From positions 85,379 through 149,378 of the forward strand of contig JBJCIZ010000810.1 in the NCBI GenBank assembly GCA_051294375.1: a stretch of DNA of 64,000 bases. Reading direction: 5' to 3'. Every line of letters begins with the position of its first letter. The first letter of the stretch is position 1. This document shows, one piece after another, positions 50,249 to 63,000 of the stretch. Made by a program: the position numbers and the translations under genes. The DNA is from Paraspadella gotoi. Lineage: Eukaryota; Animalia; Chaetognatha. The notes beneath the pieces were generated by a model. That model searched no databases. It saw only the letters and a program-made list of their open reading frames with translations, and was not told the DNA's origin.

Positions 50249-51644
50249 AGATTTTACGCCTCGCCACTGTCTCTCTTACCTTTTCCGAGGCCACTTTTCA
50301 AATGGGCCAATATTTTTCGCGGTCATTTAGCAAAAAACTCGTTTTCCGAGTGAGAAATCGTTTTTTACTTTATTTTCGTTTGAAATCTCACTCATTTCGT
50401 TTCGCCCGGAGGAATCTCCGTTTTTACGAGTTTTCTGATGTATTTTGATAATGAAATAAAGTCTAAATATTAAATACGACCTTTTCTTCTAAATTCTTCG
50501 GCACTACTCAAGTTAAAACATTTTGACGGGCGTTACGACGACGTTTCGACTCCACGGGCGTAGAAAATACAAAAACATTTTCTACAACGTCCGTTACTCG
50601 ATCAAGGGGAAAAGAAAGAAAGAATGAGGGGAAAAAGAAATAAAGAATGAGGAGAACAAGAAAGAAAGAATGAGGGGGAAAAAGAAAGAATAAGGGGAAA
50701 AAGAAAGAAAGAATGAGGTGAAAAAGAAATAAAGAATGAGGAGAACAAGAAAGAAAGAATGAGGGGGAAAAAAGAAAGAATAAGGGGGAAAAAGAAAGAA
50801 CATGGGGAAAAAGAAAGAAAGAATGAGGGGAACAAGAAAGAAAGAATGAGGGGAAAAAGAAAAAATAGGGGGGAAAAAGAAAGAATAACATAAAATTAAA
50901 TGGATGACGAGAAGAACGATTTCCAATAATCGTTCGCGGATTCGCACCAGCGTTCATCGTTCCAGTTGTTGTTGTTGTAGTTTAATCGTCGTTGTTGTTG
51001 TTGTTTTTAATTTCGTTAATAAAAAAATATTGGCGCTAAATGCGGATGACAATAGAATTTTCTGCCTATTTTATACATCTAAATTTCTTACGTGCATCTT
51101 GGTTGTGGCAGATCAATTGCATCACAATACTACATAGTATGCTATTATTAACATTGTAACTATGAATGTATTAGTGTAATAGTATTTGCTTGAGGCGATT
51201 AGAACGTTTGTTAAATAATTTTGGAATATCGAAAACCTGCTAAACGACTTTTGAAAACGGCATGTATAGATAACTGTGGATTGAGAGAAGATCGGACCAA
51301 TCGCTGGGTAATACTGCTGTTTCGATCTCATCGAGTTGGAAAACCTCTGTGCGGTGATGACTGTGGATTCCTGGCCGATTCTCTCTTCCTCGCCCTCGAA
51401 GTCGAAATGACCCGCATCCGGGACCCGCATCCGGGACCCGAGGAAAAAAATAGGAGGGAAGGGGAAATCCTAAGATCCGCCCCGGGTAACGACTGCAGGA
51501 ACGACAACGACAACGAGGACCGAAGACATCAAAGTATTTTAACACTTCATATATTCAGATGATGAAATGTTTAAAAATAAATAAATAAACTTTTAAAACA
51601 TTTTTATCTTAAATGTGAAGAACGCAAAGTCGAGAAAGATAATT

Positions 51645-51740
51645 AAAAAATCTTAAAAGAATAGGATCGAGCCTACCTTCAATGATAACCAAATATTGAT
51701 GCGATGATAACCAAAGGATTGATGCGATGATAACCAAATG
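51645..51740 (-). mobile_element. HINE-like family A 3' end, cut by the Mag-type insertion
   Basis: Matches 10375-10475. Confidence 0.6.
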
Positions 51741-52260
51741 TGTTTGTGCCTCTGTAGTTTCGATCACGTTAGCTGACTTCAGTTCTTATTTAAATAACGT
51801 TCAGTTTTTGGAACAGGTTGGCGAGTTTATTTGTCAACAAACAATTTGGCGACGAGGAACGGAGATAAAATGTTTGTTTCATAAAAACGAGGTGTGAAAT
51901 TAATTCTTTAATTTCGAGATTAAAATATAAAAACGTAAATATAAAATCAATTAAAAATAAACCCCAACGGCGAAGGTTAAAAACGTTGAACGTTCTAGAG
52001 GCAACGACTTTCTCTCTCTAAAACATTGCTAAAGTTAAAAATAAGACGGATACCAATTGTCCCCTTTTTCCCTTTTTCTTCGCGACTGAATCAGTTGTAA
52101 AACTTTTCCCTATTATTTGGGCCGTCTCGATCGCGATGTCGTCCGCCGGTGACTCCGCGGACGTTGAACTTTTATTCCGCGCGGGAACGCTCGCGTCGGC
52201 CGCCACGACCGTCAAAACACCCCCTCCATTCGAGCCTTTTCGAATTCGGGGCGCCGCCGG
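51741..52260 (+). mobile_element. 5' end of Mag-type Ty3/Gypsy element: 103-bp LTR, tRNA-Ser PBS, gag start
   Basis: TGTTTGT..ACAAACA (51741-51843), TGGCGACGAGGA (51847-51858), ORF from 52136 with PPPFEPF. Confidence 0.7.
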
Positions 52261-55200
52261 AGTTCCGCGGGTCCACTTGACCTACGCCGCTGATCACCTC
52301 GGGAATCGGATGAGAGAGCTGCTCAAACAAAAAAAAAGTTTCCAAATTTCAAATATTTCAAATAAACTTATACTGAGCTGAAAGAAAAGGGTTACTATTT
52401 CAAAAATTCAAATCTGTTCTTAAAGAAAAAGGGATTAGTATCAGAATTAAATTCAAATAAAAGTTAAACTTAATTTAAATTAAATTTAGTTAACCTAGTT
52501 CTTAGATTCAAATAAAAAGAAGGGGTTAGTCAATTCAAACTAAAAGCAATTTCTAGCATGCTACAGACAAGTTCTGACTCAGAAACTTACAAGTCAATAG
52601 TTCTATGCAATAACAATTATAGACTACGTCGCCCATTAAAACATAATAAAAACAAGGATCCAGTATTCAAAATTCGAGTCCATTTCAAAGCCAGGTAAAT
52701 TTACCGAATCTTGACCGGAACCTAAATTAAATTAATCAGGTCAGCAACACGAGCAGCATAGCAAATAAACAGTTCCAATAAATGACAAACTCGGTTTTCG
52801 TCTTGACCTTAATATCAATTAATCAATATCCGACCTGATATGACAGCTCCTTAGCTGCCTGGGCTGATCTAACCAAGCACGATCAAGGGGGGGCGGAGGT
52901 TGCTTGCGAGGTCGCCCGCGCTTCCGTGGTTGAGGTGCTTCTGCCGCTTGGGTTGAAGGCACTTCCCCCTCCATCTGCTGACCGCCCGGAGGAGCTTGCG
53001 ACGCATCTTCGTCTATCGCTGGTTCAGTTGCAGCATCATCGTCGCTGGCTTCAGTGACCTGAGCTGTTTCATCAGCTGCTGCATCGTCTCCATCTGCCTC
53101 TAAAAGCACCAAACCCGTCCGGTCTCGGTGAAGGCGCTTTCCAGAGGCTGTCCGAAGGACTACCTTCCGGACCAAACCATCTGTAGGAAGAGTCTCGGTG
53201 ATGATTGCCATGTTCCAACAATCCCTTGGTACTGTATCATTAACAACAAGGACCAAATCTCCTACTTTAAGACTTCGTCTCGAAGCCAACCATTTCTGTC
53301 TTCGCTGCAAATCTCGGAGGTACTCTATTCTCCATCTCTTCCAGAAGGAATCCACGAGGCTCTGCGACTGCTTCCAAACTCGCCTGAGGGCATCTCCAGC
53401 CTCACCTGGCGGCACAATCTCCGAGGAAGAGAGAGCAGGAACTCCAGGATAAAGTAAATCATTAGGGGTAAGGGCCAAAGGGTCACCAGGGTCTCCAGAC
53501 GTCCTAGTGATAGGGCGCCGGTTGAGAATACCCCCGACCACAGCCACTAAGGTAGTAAAAACCTCAGGCCTAAGGTCGTGGAATCCTCTCCGATTAAGGG
53601 CAAACCACATCGCCTCCTTACATGATCTAACAAGCCTTTCCCACGCTCCACCTTGGTGCGGCGCCTGTGGTGCATTGAAGCGCCACGAAAACCGCTGATC
53701 AAGCGCAGCTTCAGCCAGACATGCCTGGCGTCTCTCTAACTTTCCGTCAACTCACGATTCGCACCCTTGAAGTTGGTGCCGCAATCTGAGAAGATGTGAC
53801 GAACTCCTGGCCGCAGCGCATTAAAGCGCAGCAAAGCCAAGATAAAGCTGTCCGTTGACAACGTCTCTACAACCTCCAAGTGTACGGCGCGAGTGCGGAG
53901 ACAGGTAAAGAGCGCTACCCATTCTTTTTCCGCTACCTCTGCGGCCCAATCTGATGGTAAAGGGGCCAAAGATATCAACTCCAGTGGAGAGGAAAGGGTG
54001 ACCCGGTGTTACACTATCGGCAAGAAGCGGAGCCATCTTTTGCTCAAGGGGCCGTGCCAGCCGTTTACGACATTGGAAGCAATGCCAACGGACTGATCTC
54101 ATGGCTGTGCGCGCCCCAATAATCCAATACTTCCGCCGAAGGTGAGCCAAAGTCGCCTCCACACCTCCATGGGCCAACTCTTCATGATTCTTCTGCATCA
54201 AATCTTTGACAAGATGATGTGAGGCCGGTAAAATCCACGGGTGTTTCGTCTGGAAGTCCTCCTCTGCCCTGTCAAGCCTGCCGCCAACCCTAAGGGTGCC
54301 GGCATGATCAACAAAGGGGTCTAGCTTCCTCAACGGAGAACACCCTGACCGCATCTCTCGTCTCATATTAGCCTCCGAAATCGACAACTTCTTCACTTCC
54401 GCAGAGAATGACTTCTGCTGCAACAATCGGACCAAAGCTGCTTCAGCTCTCTCAACAGGATTGTCAAGGGAAGCTGGGACACGCTTGAAGGTATAATCCA
54501 AAAATTGCTGTAAGATGGAAACACGCCGAATCGCCTTTTTCCATGTCGAAACATTGCAGAAAAGACGATCAGCAAAGTCATTCTTAACGGCACTAGTGAC
54601 ATTAGATATCACTTCAGGTTCAATTGCCATCAGTTTCTTATCATCTTTCTGCTCCACAGGCCAGCTCTCTGGTGACTCTTGGAGAAACTGGGGACCTGAT
54701 GGAATTCATCCCACTTCTCCTTCTCATCGGCCTTCAAGCCCCTCGAGCACATATCAGCGGGATTGACGTCCGTAGGGACATATCGCCACTGATCAGGTGT
54801 TGTCTTTTGCAAGATTTTAGCAACACGATTCGCCACAAAGGCCTTAAAACGGGTCTCCGTGTTGCGGATCTGCTTGAGGACGCATTGAGAATCCGACCAC
54901 AGTGTCACTGAGTCCATTCCCCCATCGAGTTCTTGTGTCAATTGGCTGTAGAGGTCGACTGCCACTACCGCAGCAGTTAGTTCAAGGCGTGGAAGTGTCT
55001 CCTCTACTGCCTTATTTCTTTGGTTAATGGGAGCTACCCTCGACCGCGACTCCAAGAAAGCCACATGGACATTTCCTTGGGTATCAGCAGATCGGACATA
55101 GCCCACTGCACCATATGCTTCAGTGGAGGCATCACCAAACAGGTGGAGCTGCCTGTCGACAACTTCTCCAAACCCAATGGGGAGGATATGTCTCCTGATT

Positions 55201-58200
55201 CGCACTGACTCAATGCTACTCAGGGACTCTCTCCACTCTACAAATTTTTGAAGTTCATCTTCAGGGACAGGATCATCCCAGTCACATCCTTTCTCGCACA
55301 AACGCTGAAGAATGCGTCTGGCAAAGAGGGGAAGGGGAGAGACAATCCCAGCCTCCTCGAACACAAGTCCGATTACTGCCAGAATCCAGCAGAGCATAAA
55401 CTTCTGTCACCTTCTCTGGACCCTTTGCGCGAATCGCAACAATGGGACGATATGCTGGGGATGATGCTACCTGTGCTGTAGCACTGGTAACTCCAGGCTG
55501 AGGAGCAACATCCCGATGCAGAAGAGTATGGTGTTGGTCCGAATTGCAGGTACTACACACGGTCTTGGCCTGACAATCTGGTCGCATATGCCCGCGCCGT
55601 AAGCATCTATAGCAGCTTCCGGTGCTCTTCATCTGAAAAACTCGTTCAGGCAATGATTAGATTTGAACAATGAGCATTCAATAACAGCATGATCTGAATT
55701 ACATGCCTGACAGGATGATCTTTTTGCTGCAGCAGTGGAGTCTGGGATTCCAGATCCAGACTTGGATTTCTTGGCTTCCTTCTCCACCAGCTGCTTCCCC
55801 TGACTGCTGCTGCTGCTGCTTCGGTTTTCCGCCAGCCGGTTTCTGAGGTTCCTTGGCCGCTGCAGTTGGAGTTGCTGCAGATGCTGAAGGTTGCTTGGCC
55901 TTAGGATCCGCAGTTGCCTGGACGACGTGAACTTTTAGCAGTAGAGGCAGTCTTGTCCTTTTGGCCGCTTGAGCCAGCTGTACCCTTTGAGAAAAAGGGT
56001 GACTCCATCTCCAAAACACGATCCTGAAGAAAAGAGACAAAAAGCAGCAAAGCCAGCAGGCCTATTTGTCTTACAGTCATCTTATGATGATACTTTCTCC
56101 AAGAATCCCTGATGAAGGGGACGCGGCGCTCTATGATCCTCCTCAGAACGTCAATAGAATCAAATTCTTTAAAATCACCATTGATTTCAGCGATTCTAGA
56201 CATCCTTTGGAGTTCCCAACAGAGCTCGCGTAGACCATCATGGTCAGAGGCTTTCACCTCACCCTTCTTCAAGAACTCTTCCAGTTTATCAAGAGCAGTA
56301 CACTTTTGATAACCCCAATGCTCTCTTCACCTTGCCTTAGCAAGTTCCAGTGCTTGATCAACCATCAGCACACATTTTAAATTCCTGAATGGCCTGATTA
56401 GCAGCACCTTTGGTCCATTCTAAAAGTTCAAAAAACTTGTCATGCCTGACATACCCACTACACTCTCAACATGTAATGCAAACTCCATCAGGAATGGCCA
56501 CACCCAGCGGGAATTCCCTGACATTTCTCACCCTGAGATGGACGTTTCCGTTGAAGAGTGTTGCTGCCAACCATGTGCAGCAAGGCATAATCTTGATGGG
56601 TCATGATAGGTTGCTGAAGGACCGCAGGATGGACTGCTCCACTGACCACAGGCGCCGCCGACACTGGAACCAAAGGGAGGGAATTAATAATAGGTTCTTA
56701 GGAGCCCAAACCCCTGCCAAAGGGTTCAGAGTAGCAACACCTGACCTTTGTTGTTTTTCAGAGTTGTCAGTCTTGGGTTGGATCTTCCCTGCTCCAGTAG
56801 GAGAGACACCGGCTTCCGATGTTGGCTCCATGATCACCACTGAAGCAGATGGGTCAACCGGATGTTGCCGTGATGACCCAGCATCCTCTGCATCTCCATT
56901 GTCGGTCACGGACGAGTGCTTTGATCTCCAGTCCGCGACACGTTCATCTGAAGGTTGGGAGGGTCTGCAAGGAGGGGAAGAATTCCATCATTATCAATAG
57001 CTTCAATCATTTCCCAATCTAGCTCTCGTCTCAGCCAAGGCTTTTCTTTTCTGCCAGATCTTCCAATTCTAACTCCAATTCCAATTTTTCTTTTTTCTTT
57101 AACCTCATTTCTCTTTCCACTGCTGCCCCAGCTTCTAAAGCTGCCAGCTCTACCTTTAAAGATTTGACAGAACGAGAGCTTCTACTTGATCCATGAGAAG
57201 AACCAGACCTGACCGAGCCCTCATCCCTCTTACTCCTAGACCTTCTGCTTGAGTGAGTGGACCGTCCCTTAGTGTTCCTACTAAGGCAGCTTTGAGCCCG
57301 CCCTGTGGCTCCACTTGGGGGCAATCCGACTCTGGATCAACCTCCCCCTCCCTTTGCAGCTGTCCTTCATCATCCTGTCCAGGATTAGAGATTATCACTC
57401 TAGGCTTAACTACATCTGAGTGGGAGGGACATCCAAAGTTCCACCGGCAGGTTCAGGGAAGAAGGACTTAGGGGTGGGCCATAGTTGGGACTTCTAGGCA
57501 ATCCTCGTGATTGTACCAGGCTTCCCATGCATTCAGTGAAGCCCTTGCCGCACTTACTTCATCACGGTTTTGCCTTAACTCGGTCAGAACTCCATGTTGT
57601 CACACTTGTCCTGTCCAGCAGTCCCAGAAGCGGTCACAACCCGGCTCCGAGGCGCATAGGAAGGTTGTTTATCTTCACTCTCCACCTGACTCAGTTCCTC
57701 GGCCAGCGCCTGATGGGCGATCCTCAGCTCCTCGTCAGGCTGAAGTCGAGCCGACCGGCGAAGGGAAGAATGTCCTGAAGCCATGAGGATCTGACAGGGG
57801 AAAGGAGAAAAAACAAGGAACGGACAATCAAATTATAGTTTAATTCATTATTCAAAATCTTATAATTCAAATCAATTCAATCTTATCTTAATGCCGGGCG
57901 ACGTCCTCCGCAGTGCTGAGATGCAGAACCGCGGGCGCCGCACTCCAGCCGTTGTAGTGTGCAGCCAACGTCATTGAACGGAATCAGAGGAGGAGGAGCG
58001 GAGCAAATCTCGACGATCCTCTTCTCTCTGGCCTCGCTCGTCGCCGCGCCATCGATGAAACGTCGAGGGAGAGAGGGGAAAGACGTCGTCGAATATTTAT
58101 TTTGCTTTGGCGTCAGAGTTCTTGAGGATTCTGCACAGGGTTTCATGGGTTCCGGCATCGAGTTTTAGGCCTTAGCCAATTTAATTTTCGAAGCGACGAT

Positions 58201-58312
58201 ATTTCCATTTCACAGTCTTTTCACTTTAAAGGGGTCTCCACACGACAAAGATGCTACGACGTTTTCATTTTCGTTACGCGATCGAATTTTTCTTTGAACG
58301 TCGTTTTTAATT
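52261..58312 (-). mobile_element. BEL/Pao retrotransposon, RT-deleted and frameshifted; putative 3' LTR 52261-52625
   Basis: Gag coiled coil and knuckles CYRCLRRGH..C..CSTC..HHTLLH; LLDSGS; LHLFGDAS, SRVAP, LPRLEL, VNPADMCSRG; LRVGGRL; SDCGTNF; FWKRWRIEYL. 5' end lost at gap. Confidence 0.93.
52819..53610 (-). CDS. BEL integrase C-terminal part with AT-hook tail
   Basis: LNRRPI..LTPNDLL..FWKRW..GDLVLV..DGLVRKV then acidic linker and KRGRPRKQP. Confidence 0.88.
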   Translation of the reverse strand: MWFALNRRGFHDLRPEVFTTLVAVVGGILNRRPITRTSGDPGDPLALTPNDLLYPGVPALSSSEIVPPGEAGDALRRVWKQSQSLVDSFWKRWRIEYLRDLQRRQKWLASRRSLKVGDLVLVVNDTVPRDCWNMAIITETLPTDGLVRKVVLRTASGKRLHRDRTGLVLLEADGDDAAADETAQVTEASDDDAATEPAIDEDASQAPPGGQQMEGEVPSTQAAEAPQPRKRGRPRKQPPPPLDRAWLDQPRQLRSCHIRSDID

Positions 58313-58389
58313 NNNNNNNNNNNNNNNNNNNNNNNNNATCATGTCAAAACATCGAATTTTGCATGAATTATGCAAACAAAAAAATGATG

Positions 58390-58560
58390 TCCGTCCGCCC
58401 GTCCGTCCGTCCCACCTTAGCAAAAAACTCCAATATCTCGTGATTGGATGGTTGGATTGGAATTAAATTTTGTGTGTGGGTAGGAAATGTGTGTGATTGA
58501 AGCTGGATATAAAGTTTCGATGGAATCGTCGCGAGTGCGAAATTAGTTTAATCTTTTTGT
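58390..58560 (+). mobile_element. DINE-1/HINE-like family C fragment
   Basis: (GTCC)n CACCTTAGCAAAAAA..GTGATTGGATGG as at 14640-14726. Confidence 0.5.
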
Positions 58561-58721
58561 ATATTTCTAACCAATAATATATTTTACATTAATAATAATT
58601 AGATTGTATAGAGTTTGAAAGAAATTTCTGTGCTGTGCTGCGTAGTAAATGTGTTGACACTTACTTTTGAATCTTTTATACTTATTTAACCATAATTACT
58701 GAATTAATAGCATCCAGGGGC

Positions 58722-58948
58722 AAACGGACTCGATCGGTGTAACTTGCCCTCGCTGTCTTGCTTACGGCTTTTTCTGCCTTTCTTTCTCTCTTGACCAATC
58801 CCAGAGAGCTGGCTTCCCTCGCGGGAATCGGAAACGGATTTGATCGCCTGTAACTTTCCTTCCCGCTCTGTCTTTGTTTGGCTTTTCTGCCCTTTCTTCT
58901 CTCTTGACCAATCAGCAGCAGGTGGCTTCCCTCGCCGGAATCGGACGG
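58722..58948. repeat. ~110-bp tandem repeat, 2 units
   Basis: TCTCTTGACCAATC..GGCTTCCCTCGC.GGAATCGGA occurs twice. Confidence 0.75.
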
Positions 58949-59279
58949 AGACATGATGAGAGGAAGAAACAGGCAGTCTTCCAACTACTCAAGCAACACC
59001 ACACCATTTCACACAAATTCCAAGTTCACTGAACTATTTACTTTATATTTTAACCACTCGTTTCTTTATCACTCATACATTCTCCCTAGTTCTTATTTCG
59101 TATAAATAAAACTCTTATAAAATTATCCATTAATAAACAACCAGTTAGCCTGCATTACCGCTTAATTCTATCCGTAGGCAGATCGAATTGTTTGTTCAAA
59201 CTTGTTTTTTTTTATCTACGCCCTATGCGGGTGGTAAATCCTTTGTCTTCGTTGCTCGATTTAGAATTGTAGAGAAACA

Positions 59280-60030
59280 AAGTTTTTATTTTGTGTGACA
59301 GACACAAACCAGACTTATTTTTTTATTTAACATTATTCAAGACATGTTTCGGGACTCTTACTGCCGAGCCGATCATCAGCGCTGTTACACGTTTTGAAAT
59401 TATAAGCAGTGAAAAGAATAGGGAGAGAGACGAAGAGAGAGGTCCAGGTTTTAAAGTTTCCAACAAAGACTTTGATACAAGGCACAGTTGGCTTTACTAG
59501 GTGAGGTACAGCCATTTGAGCATTAGGGTCAGATTGAGTAATGCTGTGAAAAAGGAAGTCTATTGATCACAAGAGCAGATAGATTTGAGACAGAGAGAGA
59601 GGTTCATAGACCAATCTACATTTCGAGCAATGTTTAGAAGCAAAGATATCTATATTGAAAACTTTGATCTTAAACATTGCTAGGTAGAAATAAATAAATT
59701 TGTTAAATGAAATTTGAAGTATGACTAGTTGAGCAGCTATTAGGGGTAGCATTAGTGGAGACGATAGATTAATAAATTGCCAGAATGAAGAAAGAGCCCA
59801 AAAATAGCTGGCCCCCCCGCCGGGCAAAGGAAGGTATTGACGTGTCGATGGTCATTGCCGGTCTATTGCGAGCAGGCTATACTTAGAGTTTGCATATGCT
59901 GATCCCGGCAGCAGATTCCTTGGGAAAAGCCAATTACGCGTACTACCGTTGATATCCCTTTAGCCTGATAACGCCTGACCGACTGCCCTCCTTCTCACCT
60001 GACGCGTGAGGCAGGTGCGCTGGTTGGCCG
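59280..60030 (-). mobile_element. Hammerhead-associated repeat family copy; motif at 59341-59379
   Basis: Reverse complement CTGATGA-TCGGCTC..GAGTCCC-GAAA-CATG-TC; homologous to 3930-4520 and 33300-33700. Confidence 0.5.
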
Positions 60031-63000
60031 TTTTGTCAGGGTTGTACTGACCTCCTCCCTCGCCTCCTGTAGCCGTCGTTTTGGGCCGACGCTCAGGCCC
60101 CTGTGAGCTCGAGGACAGGGGGCAGTCAATTCTGTGCGGCGTGGCCCTAGCCTGTTGAACGACCCAGCTCAGCTCGCTGTCACAACTTAAGATTTGTTTC
60201 GTGAAAATGTGGAAAACCATTAAGTCTGCTGTCTGGAACTTATTATTGCTCCCGGTGCTCCATCGAACCTGCAGCTTGATGATCCCACATATCGGCATCC
60301 AAATCAGAACATCTATTAACTATAGAAACACAGGATCTCGCTTGACTATTATGTTCATTTAATAGGTACTTTCAGATAACTTTCCTGGTCCTCTCTTGGC
60401 CGGAGGACGCCCACTTCGGTCTCTGAATGTCACAGGTGGGCGTGTCGCCCATCATCATTCGGCTTCGTGCCGGCGCCTGGGCCAGTTTGGTGGTGCCAGA
60501 CATCAGGTGCTGCCAGAGCTGACGACCGCGCCGGCCGTTAGGCGTATTGGTCCGGCCGGTGCGCAACCGCCGATGTTGGGCGGGGCGGCCAGATTCGTTC
60601 CTTAGCGCTCCTCCTAGAGTCGGACGCCTTTTCATTGCCGTTTGTTATTGGACCTGTGCCCGCTCGGTTGCGAGGGGCCGAACCCGGAACAGTCCCATGC
60701 CTGCCGTTCCGCCGAGCAGGTAGTCTTCCTGCGTCACCCCCCACTCCCGGGCCCCATCCCCGGTACATTTGTGGGCCGGGCAGCTTTGGTGCGTTCTTTT
60801 GGGGAGGGAACGGGGGCTACACAATATTCGGAGGGAAGGAGAAGCACGCTTTTTATAATCATATAAAATTGTTTTCTGTATTTTTTTTTTTTTTTATAGA
60901 AAATCAAACTATAATTGGGTCTGGATAAAAAGGTAGTTTCATAGAAAAAAACAAAAATCAACCCAGTTTGATTAAAATATTGAACAAGAGAAGAAGAGAA
61001 AAAAAATGTTGAAACTAACAATTAACTATACTGTAGAGCTAACAATTAAAAACCCACTACGAGGTGATGAAACAAAATCTAAATATGAAACTAGAAACGT
61101 TTCAATGATAATTAAAATTTGTTTTTAAAGATTTCAAAATTCTAAACTTAACGGGAAAATGTAGTCAGGAGCAATAAATCATACAGTGAAACTAGAGATA
61201 AAATGCACTAAGAATTGATAAACTCACACAAGGAAGTATAAAATTAGAAACAATTTAAGTTTGAGAAAGGAAAAGGTAATTTCTTTTTAAAAAACATTTT
61301 CAAATTCAAGATTTAAAGTTTGAATCCAGAAATTTCAAATTCGACTTTTTTTTACAAAGGGAAAATCGATTTTAAAAGCAGCAGCTTTTACTGTAACTAG
61401 AGAAAAAAAGTAAAAACAAAGGGGGGTCATGGGCTACAAGCAGAAAGGACCAAAGAGCCGGAATGGCCACGGCCGATCGGAGAGCGCAAGAGCATTGCAT
61501 GACGTAAGACGTTTGATGCCTTCGGAGGTTGCCTCCAGCATCCACCGGTGAAGAGAAAGCAGTGATGGCGTTGACCCAGGTGAGAACGCTAAAGCACACA
61601 GACGGGACAGAATTTCGCCGGCCAGACGTCGCGAGGATAGGGTTGACAGTCGGAGAGGAATTTCTTTTGGTTTAATTTCATGATGCCCGCGAGTCCGTAT
61701 TGAAAGGGAGAGAGGGAGGACGAGCGTGGGATGGCGGGGAAGAGCGAGTCAGTAATGCAGAGAAAGGCGCCATCCTATCGCCGCGCGCCGGATCATCGTC
61801 GCCCCCATTCGTCGTTCGTCATTTTCATTGTCATCGCCATCGTCGTCGCCCGCTGGCGTCGCCCATCTTGCCGTCGCCGTCGCCGCGTTACGTCCGCGTT
61901 CCGTACCGTCCTAAAGGCAGACTCGTACCTACTCGAGAGTAAAATTGAGTAATCATGCTTTAAATCATGTTGTGTAATTAGCTGACCATTTTTAGTATTC
62001 AAACTTATTTAATTTTTTTTTTCTTGGGAAAGTGAGTTTGCTAAATCATTCTGTATTGATTTCTTTTTTTTTCTTAACTTCTTGTTTTTAAAGTGAACAT
62101 TCGCGCAAGAACAAGGCAGAAAAAAGGCGGTGAACAAAAATATTTGTTTTCATACAGAGAAACCATAATTTTTTTTTATACTTACAACCAATACTTATTA
62201 TACTTATTGTTACTGTGGATTCTCATGGATGATGCTGTTACTAGCCAATGTTCGTGAGTCTTTGACTCGCTTTCATCCTGGAAAACGAGATCCAGCAGAG
62301 AATATACCTGAAGCTGAGAAGATTTAATCAGTGCAAGGTTCAGATCTTTAGAGAATTAGTTTCAAAATCAACTAAAAATTATTCAAATAATCAGAATTGA
62401 TGAAGGAGCGAGACCAATCGGAAAACCACAGTAAGCCTGGGAGTCCGGAAGTAACAACAAAAGTGCAAAAGAAAAAGGTGCAAGACGCAACGTCATATTG
62501 AAATTTTTGCGCAAAAAAAAGGGTTTCAGCGAGTAGTAGACTAATTTCAAGATAAGTTGTTGGTGGTTTCAAGAAGGGGGCAAGTCATTAAGTCATTAAG
62601 ACACAGCCATAACGAGAACTTAGGAAGACGCTTTTGAAGGGGTATGATTTGGAGTTTGATTTGGTAAGATTTTTGGGTTTTTGTTTGAGTTTTTGAGTTT
62701 TTGTTTCGAGATTTGGGTTTGTTTGCATTCATGTATTTTTGAAGATCAAATGGGGAGGGCAATCCTGCTTGTTTAGTACTTGGAGTAATCATTGTGATTC
62801 ATGCTCACCTATTTCTCTCATTCCACCATCGGGTTCTTAACTTGTATTATTTCAACAAGGAGGCGCTCATATGATTTTTGTAAATCCCACTGTAAGCTCG
62901 CTATATCTGGCTTTCAATTTCTTCCCAGGTTTTCACAACAAAAGTAAGTTCTCTCCTTTAGACGTGGTTCTGACATGAAAGGGTCCTGATAACCCCTTCC

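Noticed and set aside
50249-50269. Possible CAGTGGCG-type TIR end
   Set aside because: No partner end or TSD found in the window.
51220-51560. GC-rich ORFs
   Set aside because: No motif, no canonical splice pair, several equally weak frames.
61370-61950. GC-rich exon-like island
   Set aside because: Multiple open frames without convincing splice sites or domain; cannot be supported.
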